From the NCBI GenBank assembly GCA_900617105.1, contig UYFQ01000006.1, positions 868,001 to 932,000 on the forward strand: a DNA stretch of 64,000 bases, in the 5' to 3' direction. A program made the translations under genes and the position numbers. Positions 1 to 10,010 of the stretch are shown here, in pieces. Positions within the stretch are counted from its first letter, which is position 1. The number at the start of each line of letters is the position of its first letter. The notes beneath the pieces are model-generated. The model was given only the letters and a program-made list of their open reading frames with translations, had not been told where the DNA came from and did no database searches. The stretch comes from Hydrurus foetidus (lineage: Eukaryota).

Positions 1-337
1 CTACCTCACCTTCATCGGCAGGTTCAAAGAGATGATCAAAGTCTCCGGCTACAGCGTGTTCCCCGAAGAGGTTGAAACCTACCTCATCAAACACCCCGCC
101 GTTGCCCAAGCCGCCGTCATCGGCGTGCCTGACGCGCAAAAGGGCGAAAGCATCCGCGCTTTCATCGTGCTCAAAGCGGGGCAGCAAGCTGGTGTGGACA
201 TCGATGCCCCCGCCCTCATCGCCTGGGCGCGTGACAACATGGCCAGCTACAAAGCCCCGCGTGATGTGCGTTTCATCGACGCACTGCCCGCTACCGGCGC
301 GGGTAAAGTGCTGCGTCGCCTGCTCAAAGACTTCTGA
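1..337 (+). CDS. Acyl-CoA synthetase / AMP-binding enzyme, C-terminal part (truncated by window edge)
   Basis: AMP-binding_C motifs GRFKEMIKVSGYSVFPEEVE...LPATGAGKVLRR; frame open from window start. Confidence 0.9.
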   Translation, partial: YLTFIGRFKEMIKVSGYSVFPEEVETYLIKHPAVAQAAVIGVPDAQKGESIRAFIVLKAGQQAGVDIDAPALIAWARDNMASYKAPRDVRFIDALPATGAGKVLRRLLKDF

Positions 338-368
338 ATACCCCTGAACTACTTCTGAAAGCTGCTTG

Positions 369-3300
369 ATGTTCCAGAAAATTCTGATCGCCAACCGGGG
401 TGAAATCGCCGTGCGTTTGGTGCGTGCCGTGGCCGACATGGGCATTCAAAGCGTGGCCGTCTACGCCCAGGACGACGCCCAAGCCCTGCATGTGCAAGCC
501 GCCGATACCGCCGTCGCTTTGGGCAACCCCGGTGAAGCCCGCGCCACAGGTGCTAGCGCCTACCTCAACATCTCCCGCCTGATCGCCATCGCCTTGGAAA
601 CCGGCTGTGATGCCATCCACCCCGGTTACGGTTTCCTGAGCGAGCGCGCTGATTTCGCCACGGCCTGCGCCGAGGCCGGTCTGTGCTTCATCGGCCCCAC
701 GCCCGAGCAGCTCGCCTTGTTCGGCGACAAAGCCAGCGCCCGTGCCTTGGCCTTGAAGCACCATGTCCCGCTGATGCCCGGCAGCCAAAGCGCTGTCACG
801 CTGGCGCAAGCGCAGGCCTTTTTTGCGGCGCAACAGCCGTCATCCGTGCAAACCTCTTCTGAGCCCGTCGGCATCATGGTCAAAGCCATTGGTGGCGGCG
901 GCGGACGCGGGATGCGTGCCGTGCTCAGCGCTGATGCCCTGCCCGAAGCCTATGCCCGTTGCGTCTCCGAAGCCCGCGCCGCTTTCGGGGTAGACGGCGT
1001 GTACGTCGAGCGCTTGATGGCCAACGCCCGCCACATCGAGATTCAAATTGTGGGCGATGGCGAATCCGTCATGTCCCTGGGCGAGCGTGAATGCAGCTTA
1101 CAGCGCCGTTTTCAAAAACTCGTCGAAATCGCCCCCAGCCCTTCGTTATCGTCTGCCTTGCGCGAGCAAGTCACCGCCGCCGCACTGAAGCTCGCCCGTG
1201 CCGTCCATTACCAAAGTCTGGGCACTTTCGAGTTTCTGGTAGACGTTGCCTCCACCGATTTGCCTTTCGTTTTCATCGAAGCCAACCCGCGTCTGCAAGT
1301 CGAGCACACCATCACCGAAGCCGTTACTGGGCTGGACTTGGTGCAGCTGCAAATCAGCGTGGCAGCCGGGCAAAGCCTGCAAACGCTGGGCCTCAACCCG
1401 GCGCAACCCCCACAGCCCCAAGGCTTTGCTCTCCAGTGGCGCATCAACGCCGAGACGTTGGATACCCAAGGCAACGCCCGCCCCACCAGCGGCACGCTGA
1501 CCCGCTTTGATTTGACCCAAGGCCCCGGCATCCGCGTCGATACCCACGGCTTTGGTGGCTGCACGCCTTCACCGCACTACGATACGCTGCTGGCCAAACT
1601 GATCGTCCACAGCCCCGGCACCTTCGCTGGGGCTGCCCGCCGCGCCCGCCGTGCCCTGGCCGAATGCCGCATTGAAGGCCTCGCCACCAATCTGCCCCTG
1701 CTGCAAGCCCTGGCGGCCAGACCTGAGTTCGACACGCAGCAGGTGCATACCCGGTTTGTGGAAGCGCATTTGGGTGAGCTGCTCGCCTCAGCCGTCGGGT
1801 TCAGCGTTGCTCCTGAAAAAGAAGCGGCTCTAGCACGCCCTGTAAGCGGTAAAGGCCTATTAGATGCCTCAAAATATGCTTTTGACCCCTCCCAAACCGC
1901 CGTTTTGGCCCCCATGCCCGCCCGCCTCGTGCAACTCAACGTGGCTGTGGGCGATGTGGTGCCTACAGGCCATCAGGTGGCGGTGCTGGAGGCCATGAAG
2001 ATGGAACACCTGCTGCTCGCGGATGCCCCAGGCCGTGTGTTGGAGATTCGCGCCGCTGTCGGCGATTACCTCAGCGAAGGCCAGCCTCTGGTCGTGCTGG
2101 AGCCGGTCGATGCCGACGCTATCGCCGCCACCACCGCTCACGCCATAGACCCCGACCACATCCGCCCCGATTTGCAGCGCGTGCGCGACCGCCACGCCTT
2201 CACGCTCGACATCAATCGCCCCGCAGCCGTTGCCAAACGCCACGCCCAGGGTGGCCGCACCGCCCGCGAAAACGTCGCTGACCTCTGCGATCTGGACGCT
2301 GCCACAGCGGTGGCTGAAGGCCGCAGCAACGCCATCGGTAGCTTCATCGAATACGGCGCACTCGCTATCGCCGCCCAAACCCGCCGACGCGGCCTTGCTG
2401 ACCTCATCGCCAACACGCCCGCCGACGGCATGGTGACGGGCATTGGCACGGTCAACGCCGCGCATTTCGGCCCCGAGGCCTCCCGCTGCGTCGTCATGGC
2501 CTACGACTACACCGTGCTGGCCGGTACGCAGGGCATGCGCAACCACCATAAAAAAGACCGCATGCTGGCCCTGGCCCACCAGCTCAAGCTGCCGGTGGTG
2601 CTGTTCGCTGAAGGCGGCGGTGGGCGGCCCGGTGACACCGACATGCCCATCGTGGCGGGCCTGAACAACCACACCTTCAGCCAGTTCGCCGCACTCTCCG
2701 GCAAAGTCCCCGTGGTCGGCATCGTGCATGGCCGCTGCTTCGCAGGCAACGCGGCGCTCTTGGGCTGCGCCGATGTCATCATCGCCACAAAAATGAGCAA
2801 CATCGGCATGAGCGGCCCCGCGATGATCGAAGGCGGCGGCTTGGGCCAGTTCAAACCCGAGCAAATCGGCCCCAGCGATGTGCAATCGCGCAACGGCGTG
2901 ATCGACGTGCTGGTCGCGGACGAAGCCGAGGCCGTCGCCGTCGCCAAGCGCTACATCGCGTACTTCCAGGGTGATTTGCCCACCTGGACATGCCCTGACC
3001 AGCGCCTGCTGCGCCAAGCCATCCCTGAAAACCGCTTGCGCGTCTACGACATTCGCCACGTCATGCAGGGTCTGGTGGACACCGATTCCCTGCTTGAATT
3101 GCGCGCGGGTTTTGGCCCTGGCATCCTCACTGCGCTTGCGCGTATTGAAGGACGTGCTATTGGAATCATAGCGAACAACCCCAAACACCTGGGCGGTGCC
3201 ATCGACGTGGATGCCGCCGACAAAGCCGCTCGCTTCATGCAGCTCTGCAACGCCCACGGCTTACCGATGGTGTCGCTGATGGACACACCCGGCTTCATGG

Positions 3301-3758
3301 TTGGCCCCGACATCGAAGCCCAAGCCCAAGTTCGCCACGTCTGCCGCCTGTTCGTGGTTGCCGCCCACCTGCAAGTGCCCTTTTTCAGCGTCGTCTTGCG
3401 CAAAGGCTACGGTCTGGGTGCCCAAGCGATGGCCGCAGGTGGCTTCGATGCGCCCGTGTTCAACGTCGCGTGGCCCACAGGTGAATTCGGCGCGATGGGC
3501 CTGGAAGGTGCCGTGCGCTTAGGCTTTCGCAAAGAGCTGGAAGCGGCAGAGGAAGGCCCGGAGCGTGATGCGCTGTTCAAAAAGCTGGTGGACGAGCAGT
3601 ACAGCAACGGCGAAGCCATGAACATGGCCGCCACGCTGGAGATCGACGCGGTAATCGACCCCGCCGCGACGAGGGATTGGCTGGTGAATGGGCTGGCTTC
3701 GGTGGGAAAGGTGGGCCAAGACCGGGCCGTGGGGGGGCGGTTTGTGGATACGTGGTGA
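369..3758 (+). CDS. Single-chain multidomain biotin-dependent acyl-CoA carboxylase (BC-BCCP-CT)
   Basis: KILIANRGEIA and HPGYGFLSE (biotin carboxylase), EAMKM biotinylation motif, C-terminal carboxyltransferase (GGGRPGD, DTPGFMVG). Confidence 0.92.
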   Translation: MFQKILIANRGEIAVRLVRAVADMGIQSVAVYAQDDAQALHVQAADTAVALGNPGEARATGASAYLNISRLIAIALETGCDAIHPGYGFLSERADFATACAEAGLCFIGPTPEQLALFGDKASARALALKHHVPLMPGSQSAVTLAQAQAFFAAQQPSSVQTSSEPVGIMVKAIGGGGGRGMRAVLSADALPEAYARCVSEARAAFGVDGVYVERLMANARHIEIQIVGDGESVMSLGERECSLQRRFQKLVEIAPSPSLSSALREQVTAAALKLARAVHYQSLGTFEFLVDVASTDLPFVFIEANPRLQVEHTITEAVTGLDLVQLQISVAAGQSLQTLGLNPAQPPQPQGFALQWRINAETLDTQGNARPTSGTLTRFDLTQGPGIRVDTHGFGGCTPSPHYDTLLAKLIVHSPGTFAGAARRARRALAECRIEGLATNLPLLQALAARPEFDTQQVHTRFVEAHLGELLASAVGFSVAPEKEAALARPVSGKGLLDASKYAFDPSQTAVLAPMPARLVQLNVAVGDVVPTGHQVAVLEAMKMEHLLLADAPGRVLEIRAAVGDYLSEGQPLVVLEPVDADAIAATTAHAIDPDHIRPDLQRVRDRHAFTLDINRPAAVAKRHAQGGRTARENVADLCDLDAATAVAEGRSNAIGSFIEYGALAIAAQTRRRGLADLIANTPADGMVTGIGTVNAAHFGPEASRCVVMAYDYTVLAGTQGMRNHHKKDRMLALAHQLKLPVVLFAEGGGGRPGDTDMPIVAGLNNHTFSQFAALSGKVPVVGIVHGRCFAGNAALLGCADVIIATKMSNIGMSGPAMIEGGGLGQFKPEQIGPSDVQSRNGVIDVLVADEAEAVAVAKRYIAYFQGDLPTWTCPDQRLLRQAIPENRLRVYDIRHVMQGLVDTDSLLELRAGFGPGILTALARIEGRAIGIIANNPKHLGGAIDVDAADKAARFMQLCNAHGLPMVSLMDTPGFMVGPDIEAQAQVRHVCRLFVVAAHLQVPFFSVVLRKGYGLGAQAMAAGGFDAPVFNVAWPTGEFGAMGLEGAVRLGFRKELEAAEEGPERDALFKKLVDEQYSNGEAMNMAATLEIDAVIDPAATRDWLVNGLASVGKVGQDRAVGGRFVDTW
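1809..1874 (+). repeat. Dispersed GCT-N11-AGC motif copy (carboxylase BC-BCCP linker)
   Basis: GCTCCTGAAAAAGAAGC-GGCTCTA-GC-ACGCCCT-GTAAGC-GGTAAAGGCCTA-TTA. Confidence 0.8.
3125..3172 (-). repeat. Dispersed motif copy (carboxylase CT domain)
   Basis: Core GCTATTGGAATCATAGC 3156-3172; minus-strand tail ACGTCCT-TC-AATACGC-GCAAGC. Confidence 0.8.
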
Positions 3759-3800
3759 CAGTTTTGGTTTTGGGTCTTGGTTTGGATTGTGGGCAGACGC

Positions 3801-3826
3801 AAAAAAGCCCGCGACGCAGGCGGGCT
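3801..3826 (-). terminator. Intrinsic terminator of the argS-SPOR-dsbA unit
   Basis: Minus strand AGCCCGC/GCGGGCT stem followed by a T-tract, just past the dsbA stop. Confidence 0.7.
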
Positions 3827-3847
3827 GAGGGGGGCGTCGCCTTCAGC

Positions 3848-4510
3848 TTATTTCAGCTTGCGTGCTTCGATGATGAGGAAATCGGTGACCTGCAAAGCTC
3901 GCTCCATTGTCCTCGCCAGAGTGGCGTCGGTGTAGAAACGACCGGCAATGCCCAAAGACGGTACGCCGTCAATTTTGAACGTGTTTTGCAGCTGGGTGCC
4001 CTTGCGTACCTTGGTGGACACGGAAAACGAGTTGTACAGCTCCAAAAATTTGGCTTTGTCCAGGCCCTGCTTCTCGACCCAGGCGACGATGGTTTCTTGG
4101 GTGTCCAGTGCTTGCTTTTCAACATGGATGGCGTTGAACACTTTGCGCTGCATCGCTTCGGCTTTGCCCATTGCGTCCAGCGCGTAGTAGAGGCGCTGCT
4201 GGGGCACAAAGCTGTCGCGAAAGGCGATAGGGATGCGGCGAAAGCTGACATCAGGCGGCAGGCGCTTGAGCCACGCTTCCAGCTGCGGCTCAAAAGCGTT
4301 GCAATGGGGGCAGCTGTACCAGAAAAACTCAATCACCTCGACTTTGCCCGCAGGCACTTCGGTGGGCACGGGTTTGTCCAAGGCGATGTAATCTGTACCT
4401 TCATCAAACTTTTTGGCCTGCGCTTGCGCAGTGGTCGGCAGGGCAGCCGCCAAGCTCAAAGCAGAACCCAAAGCGCCCAGCGCATTCAAAGAAAAATCAC
4501 GACGTTGCAT
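3848..4510 (-). CDS. dsbA: Thiol:disulfide interchange protein DsbA
   Basis: EFFWYSCPHC active site, GVP cis-Pro loop, signal peptide MQRRDFSL..AQA; RBS GGAG upstream of ATG 4510. Confidence 0.93.
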   Translation of the reverse strand: MQRRDFSLNALGALGSALSLAAALPTTAQAQAKKFDEGTDYIALDKPVPTEVPAGKVEVIEFFWYSCPHCNAFEPQLEAWLKRLPPDVSFRRIPIAFRDSFVPQQRLYYALDAMGKAEAMQRKVFNAIHVEKQALDTQETIVAWVEKQGLDKAKFLELYNSFSVSTKVRKGTQLQNTFKIDGVPSLGIAGRFYTDATLARTMERALQVTDFLIIEARKLK

Positions 4511-4565
4511 TTCAATCACTCCTGGAGGAATAGGACAGAGGGGCGAGGAATAAGTTCCAAACGGT

Positions 4566-5342
4566 TTAGCGCTGAATCCGAACCAGCACAGTCTCAATAC
4601 CCGCAGATTCCAGCTTGTCTTTGGCACGCTCTGCATCTTCTTTGCGCTCAAAGGGGCCTGCACGCACACGGTAGACCGTACGGCCCGCTTGCTCGCGTTC
4701 GGTGACTTTGACTTCAATGCCCATCAGCGACAGCTTGGCCCGCTGGGCTTCTGCGTCGTCAGGCACGCGGAATGCACCGGTTTGCACTTGGTAGGTAAAC
4801 GGATCAACCTGCGCGTTGGATGACTTCGCCCGAGCCAGATCGCCCAAGGGGTCAGCGGACGCGGGTGGGGCTTTGGCTTCTGTAGGCTTGGGGTCAGACT
4901 TGGGCTTGGCGTCAGATTTCGCTTCGGATTTGCTGTCAGCGTCTGGCTTAACGTCGACCTTGGCTTCCGATTTACGGTCAGGTTTGGTATCAGGTTTGGA
5001 GTCCGCCTTGGGGTCAGACTTGGTGTCCGATTTAGGCTCGGCCTTCACCGTCGTGGTGACGGGGGCAGGAGCCTCTTTCGCTGGCGCCGTCGCTTCAGGC
5101 GATGGTGTGATCGCCCCCGAAGAAGAATGCACCGGGTTTTTGCCCTGGATCAAGGCATTCGGATCCCAATCTTTGTTTTTGCGGGCTTCAGCTGCATCTT
5201 GGTCATTGCTGCGGCTTTGCCCCTTGTTGATGAAAGGGACGGGCACTTTGGTGATGTAGACCGCCACTCCGAGCGCCAGCCCCAGGCCGATAACCAGGCC
5301 TAAAACCAACCCTATAAAGGTGCCGCCGCGTTGATGTTTCAT
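4566..5342 (-). CDS. SPOR-domain cell division protein (FtsN-like)
   Basis: N-terminal TM helix, K/P/D-rich linker, C-terminal SPOR (YQVQTGAF...YRVRAGPF); conserved argS-SPOR-dsbA order. Confidence 0.88.
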   Translation of the reverse strand: MKHQRGGTFIGLVLGLVIGLGLALGVAVYITKVPVPFINKGQSRSNDQDAAEARKNKDWDPNALIQGKNPVHSSSGAITPSPEATAPAKEAPAPVTTTVKAEPKSDTKSDPKADSKPDTKPDRKSEAKVDVKPDADSKSEAKSDAKPKSDPKPTEAKAPPASADPLGDLARAKSSNAQVDPFTYQVQTGAFRVPDDAEAQRAKLSLMGIEVKVTEREQAGRTVYRVRAGPFERKEDAERAKDKLESAGIETVLVRIQR

Positions 5343-7027
5343 GGGGTTTCTTTCAGCATTTTTTGTGGCGCACTTACGCCAAGAACGGCCAAGCCGTTGT
5401 GCAACACCTGTGCCACCGCTGCGACCAAGGCCAGACGGGCCTGCCGCACGGGGATATCGTCTACCAAGATGCGCTCAGCGTCGTAATAGCTGTGGTAGCA
5501 AGCGGCCAGCTCGCGCAGGTAAAAGGTGACATCGTGCGGGGCGAAATCGTTGGCCGCCGCCGTCAGCATGGCGGGGTATTTGGCCAAAAGCAGCATCAAG
5601 GCCAGCGCCTGGGGGCTTTGCAGGGGTGACAAGTCGGTCGCTACCAAGCTGGCTTTGTCGCCACCCCACGCGGTCAATACCGAGCAAATGCGGGCGTGGG
5701 CGTACTGCACGTAGTACACCGGGTTGTCGTTGCTCTGGGCAATGGCCAAGTCCACGTCAAAGGTGTATTCGGTATCGGGCTTGCGGCTGAGCAGGAAGAA
5801 ACGCACGGCATCTTTGCTCGTCCACTCGATCAAATCGCGCAGCGTGACATAGCTGCCCGCGCGTTTGGAGATTTTGACCTCTTCGCCACCTTTGACTACG
5901 CGCACCATCGTGTGCAGCACGTAATCGGGGTAGCCCTGGGGAATGCCCACACCCGCAGCCTGCAAGCCAGCCCGCACCCGCGCAATCGTGCCATGGTGGT
6001 CGGTGCCCTGGATGTTGACGACCTTGTGAAAACCACGTTCCCATTTGGTGATGTGGTAGGCCACGTCGGGCACAAAGTAGGTGTAGGTGCCGTCGCCTTT
6101 GCGCATCACACGGTCTTTGTCGTCGCCATAGTCGGTGGATTTGAGCCACAGGGCGCCGTCTTGCTCGTAGGTTTTACCGGCGGCCACCAAACGCTGGACG
6201 GCGGCATCCACCTTGCCACTGGTGTACAGGCTGGACTCTAAATAGTAATGGTCGAACTTGACCTGAAAAGCCTTCAAATCCAAATCTTGCTCGTGGCGCA
6301 GGTAGGCGACGGCAAACTGGCGCATGCCGTCCAGATCGTTGATGTCCCCGCTGGCGGTGAATTCACGGTCATCGGCGTGAACCGTTTTTTTTGCTGCAAA
6401 ATCTATAGCTATATCAGCAATGTATTCACCGTTGTACGCTGATTCTGGCCATTCAGCATCACCTGGTTTGAAGCCCAGGGCACGGGCTTGGGTGCTGTTC
6501 GCCAGGGTTTGGATTTGCACGCCCGCATCGTTGTAATAAAACTCGCGGTGAACGCGCCAACCCTGGGTTTGGAACAGGCTGGCAATCGCGTCACCCAAGG
6601 CAGCTTGCCGCCCGTGGCCCACATGCAGCGGGCCGGTGGGATTGGCGGACACGTATTCGACCAGCATGGCTTTTTGGCGATCAGGTTGATAGCCGAACTG
6701 CAAGCCGCCTTGGAGCACTTCCACCACTATCTGCTGCTTGGCTTCGGGCTTCAAGGTGATATTGAGAAAGCCAGGGCCCGCGATGTCCACGGCTGCCACC
6801 CATTGCTGGAACACGGGTGTTAGCATCAGCCGGTCGCGCAAAGTTTCGCCCAATTGACGGGGGTTGAGCTTGAGCGGTTTGGCCAATTGCATGGCAGCGG
6901 TGCAGGCAAAGTCGCCGTGGGCGGCCACTTTGGGGGATTCAAAGGCGGCTTTGCTCGCAGCACCGGGCTGCAAGGCTTCGAGCTCAGCGGCAAGCGCCGT
7001 GAGTAAATCAGTTTTGACAGATAACAT
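5339..7027 (-). CDS. argS: Arginine--tRNA ligase
   Basis: [12 protein letters not shown] (HIGH), [14 protein letters not shown] motifs. Confidence 0.97.
   Translation of the reverse strand: MLSVKTDLLTALAAELEALQPGAASKAAFESPKVAAHGDFACTAAMQLAKPLKLNPRQLGETLRDRLMLTPVFQQWVAAVDIAGPGFLNITLKPEAKQQIVVEVLQGGLQFGYQPDRQKAMLVEYVSANPTGPLHVGHGRQAALGDAIASLFQTQGWRVHREFYYNDAGVQIQTLANSTQARALGFKPGDAEWPESAYNGEYIADIAIDFAAKKTVHADDREFTASGDINDLDGMRQFAVAYLRHEQDLDLKAFQVKFDHYYLESSLYTSGKVDAAVQRLVAAGKTYEQDGALWLKSTDYGDDKDRVMRKGDGTYTYFVPDVAYHITKWERGFHKVVNIQGTDHHGTIARVRAGLQAAGVGIPQGYPDYVLHTMVRVVKGGEEVKISKRAGSYVTLRDLIEWTSKDAVRFFLLSRKPDTEYTFDVDLAIAQSNDNPVYYVQYAHARICSVLTAWGGDKASLVATDLSPLQSPQALALMLLLAKYPAMLTAAANDFAPHDVTFYLRELAACYHSYYDAERILVDDIPVRQARLALVAAVAQVLHNGLAVLGVSAPQKMLKETP
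6393..6420 (+). repeat. Dispersed motif copy (inside argS)
   Basis: GCTGCAAAATCTATAGC-TATATCA-GC; argS codons ATA GCT ATA GAT TTT GCA GCA. Confidence 0.7.
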
Positions 7028-7170
7028 GCGGCGATTTTAGGGGGATGGCGCGATAGGCATTTCTTCACACAATGAGGGCTGCTGTTCGCCGCAATGGGGT
7101 GCGGCGTTGTACAGTGCGTGCGCGTCTCTCGCACAATGTATTTCTCTTTTTTACCTCTTGGAGAACCTGT

Positions 7171-7467
7171 ATGAAATCCCTTTGTTCTGTACTCGCCCTG
7201 GGTTTGGCTATGTCTTTCGGTGCAGCCCATGCTGCCGATGAGGCTGCAGCCCCAACCAAACAACAAAACAAAATGACAGTGTGCAACAAGGATGCCTCGG
7301 ACAAAAAAGGCGATGAGCGCAAAGCCTTCATGAAGGAATGCCTGAGTGCCAAAAAAGCGACACAGCAAGACAAAATGAAGACCTGCAACACCGATGCCAC
7401 CGGCAAAAAAGGTGATGAGCGCAAAGCCTTTATGAAAGAATGCTTGAGTAACAAGTCAGCCAGCTAA
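7171..7467 (+). CDS. psiF: PsiF-family secreted protein (two repeats)
   Basis: Signal peptide; two QQ.KM..CN.DA..KKGDERKAFMKECLS repeats. Confidence 0.88.
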   Translation: MKSLCSVLALGLAMSFGAAHAADEAAAPTKQQNKMTVCNKDASDKKGDERKAFMKECLSAKKATQQDKMKTCNTDATGKKGDERKAFMKECLSNKSAS

Positions 7468-7622
7468 GCCGTGAAAACCACATGCCCCCAGCCCGGTGCT
7501 TAGAATAGCGGGTTGCGCGCCCGTGTCTGATACCCGGCCGACACCCGGCACAGGCAGTGAATGAGACCCGGGATCGGCACCCTCCCGCCTTCTTTCACCA
7601 ACGCTTTTCGGAGTGCCTTCCC

Positions 7623-7958
7623 TTGTTTATTTCTTCTGCTATTGCTCAAACCGCCCCCGCTGCTGCTGCATCCGGTACCTCCATGCAAGATTCGCTGATG
7701 GGCATGCTGCCGTTGGTACTGATGTTCGTAGTGCTTTATTTTGTGATGATTCGTCCCCAAATGAAGAAGCAAAAGGAACACCGCACCATGATTGATGCTC
7801 TCGCCAAAGGCGACGAAATCGCTACCGCAGGTGGCTTGCTGGGCAAAGTCACTAAATTGGGTGAATCCCACCTGAGCCTGGAAATCGCCACTGGCGTTGA
7901 AGTGCAATTGCAGCGCAGCGCTGTGGTGCAGGTCTTGCCTAAAGGCTCGATCAAGTAA
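7623..7958 (+). CDS. yajC: Preprotein translocase subunit YajC
   Basis: YFVMIRPQMKKQKEH...LAKGDEI.TAGG; probable TTG start after GGAG; precedes secDF. Confidence 0.92.
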   Translation: MFISSAIAQTAPAAAASGTSMQDSLMGMLPLVLMFVVLYFVMIRPQMKKQKEHRTMIDALAKGDEIATAGGLLGKVTKLGESHLSLEIATGVEVQLQRSAVVQVLPKGSIK

Positions 7959-8074
7959 ATTCCTTTGGCGAGCATGGATCGCCACACTGCTCCCCGTACC
8001 AGGGGTGAACCGCAGTGTTGCAAGGTCAATCCGCTTTTCAGCTTTTTCTATAGCGCACACCCCGAGACCTCAAA

Positions 8075-9964
8075 ATGAACCGTTACCCGGTCTGGAAGTA
8101 CGTGATCATCGTGATCGCGTTGCTGGTAGGCACCATCTACACCCTGCCTAACTTTTTTGGCGAGGCTCCTGCAGTACAGGTGTCAGCTGCAAAGTCCGCT
8201 GTCAAAATTGATGCCGCTACGCAAACTCGCGTGGAAGAAGCCTTGAAGACGGCCCAAATCACCGCCAATGCAGTCACGCGAGATGACCACTCGGTCAAAG
8301 CGCAGTTCAGCTCCCCCGAAACGCGCGGACTTGCCAGAGACGCTATTCAAAAAGCATTGATCCCCAATGCAGACGACCCCAGCTATGTGGTCGCGTTGAA
8401 TCTCATATCGCTGTCGCCCAAATGGCTGACAGCGTTGCATGCCTTCCCCATGTATTTGGGCCTGGATTTGCGCGGAGGGATTCACTTCATGCTGCAAGTG
8501 GACATGCCCGCCACGCTGACCAAAAAAGCGGAGTCTTTGGCGGGCGATATCCGTACGATGTTCCGTGAAAAGAGCATTCGGCACAGTGGCATCAGCCGCA
8601 ACGCCCAAACCATTGAGATCAAATTCCGCGATGCAGCCACCCTGGATGCCGCCAAGCGCGTGCTGGCCGAGCAGTTCACGGATCTGCAAACCGTGGACGC
8701 ACCGGATGGCAGCGAATTCAAACTGACCGCCAGCATCAAACCCGAATCGGCCCGCAAGGTACAAGACCAGGCGCTGAAGCAAAACATCACCACCCTGCAC
8801 AACCGCATCAACGAGCTGGGCGTGGCTGAGCCTGTGATCCAGCAGCAGGGGCTTGACCGCATCGTCGTTCAACTGCCTGGCATTGAAGACACTGCAACCG
8901 CCAAGAAACTCATAGGCCGCACTGCGACGCTGGAAGTGCGTTTGGTGGATGAGAGCGCAGAAGCCCGCGCCGCAGAGTCGGGTAGCGGTGCCGTGCCTTT
9001 CGGTGCTGAGCGCTTCCTCGACCGCAACGGCCAAGTCGTCATCACCAAAAAGCAAGTGATTTTGACGGGCGAAAACCTGACCGATGCCCAACCCGGTTTT
9101 GATGGCCAAACGCAAGAAGCCACCGTCAACCTGAGTCTGGACGCCAAAGGCTCACGTATCTTTAAAGACATCACCCGCGACAACATCGGCAAGCGCATGG
9201 CGATTTTGTTGTTTGAAAAAGGCAAGGGAGAAGTGGTGACGGCACCTGTCATCCGCAGTGAAATTGGCGGTGGCCGCGTGCAAATTTCAGGCCGCATGAA
9301 CACCCAAGAAGCCAACGAAACCTCTTTGCTGTTGCGCGCTGGCAGTTTGGCCGCACCGATGGAAATCATCGAAGAACTCTCGATTGGCCCCAGCTTGGGT
9401 GCAGAAAACATCAGCAAAGGCTTTCACAGTGTGGCCTGGGGCTTTGCGGTGATCGTGCTGTTCATGTGCATGTATTACATGGTGTTTGGTGTGTTTTCCA
9501 GTATCTCGCTGGGCGTGAATTTGCTGCTGCTGGCCTCGGTGCTGTCGATGCTGCAAGCCACGCTCAGCCTGCCTGGTATTGCCGCAATGGCGCTGGCCCT
9601 CGGGATGGCGATTGACTCGAACGTGCTTATTAACGAGCGCGTACGTGAAGAGTTACGCAAAGGCGCGTCCCCGCAAGCAGCCATTCAAGCCGGTTACGAC
9701 CGTGCTTGGGCCACGATTTTGGACTCCAACATCAGTACGCTGATTGTCGGCGTGGCCTTGCTGGCCTTTGGTTCTGGCCCGGTGCGCGGTTTTGCGGTGG
9801 TGCATTGCATTGGTATTTTGACCAGCATGTTCTCTGCGGTGTTTTTCTCGCGTGGTTTGGTCAACCTGTGGTATGGCCGCCAGAAGAAATTGAAGGGCGT
9901 GTCGATTGGCACCGTGTGGCGTCCAGAACCTACTGGCAGCACGGGCAACGCCGTCGCCAAATAA
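8075..9964 (+). CDS. secD: Protein translocase subunit SecD
   Basis: LGLDLRGG, RINELGVAEP, GMAIDSNVLINER motifs. Confidence 0.97.
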   Translation: MNRYPVWKYVIIVIALLVGTIYTLPNFFGEAPAVQVSAAKSAVKIDAATQTRVEEALKTAQITANAVTRDDHSVKAQFSSPETRGLARDAIQKALIPNADDPSYVVALNLISLSPKWLTALHAFPMYLGLDLRGGIHFMLQVDMPATLTKKAESLAGDIRTMFREKSIRHSGISRNAQTIEIKFRDAATLDAAKRVLAEQFTDLQTVDAPDGSEFKLTASIKPESARKVQDQALKQNITTLHNRINELGVAEPVIQQQGLDRIVVQLPGIEDTATAKKLIGRTATLEVRLVDESAEARAAESGSGAVPFGAERFLDRNGQVVITKKQVILTGENLTDAQPGFDGQTQEATVNLSLDAKGSRIFKDITRDNIGKRMAILLFEKGKGEVVTAPVIRSEIGGGRVQISGRMNTQEANETSLLLRAGSLAAPMEIIEELSIGPSLGAENISKGFHSVAWGFAVIVLFMCMYYMVFGVFSSISLGVNLLLLASVLSMLQATLSLPGIAAMALALGMAIDSNVLINERVREELRKGASPQAAIQAGYDRAWATILDSNISTLIVGVALLAFGSGPVRGFAVVHCIGILTSMFSAVFFSRGLVNLWYGRQKKLKGVSIGTVWRPEPTGSTGNAVAK

Positions 9965-10010
9965 GACAAACCCACGCAGGCTTGAACGCCTGCGGTAAAA
10001 GAGCACTTTC

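Noticed and set aside
3761..3793. TTTGG-like short tandem low-complexity tract
   Set aside because: Short and irregular, with no spacer structure; not CRISPR or a clear VNTR.
4880..5045. Quasi-12-nt repeats encoding K-P/S-D/E units in the SPOR gene
   Set aside because: Ordinary low-complexity periplasmic linker of FtsN-like proteins.
7261..7449. Two direct repeats of about 87 bp with a 102-bp period
   Set aside because: Explained by the normal two-repeat PsiF architecture.
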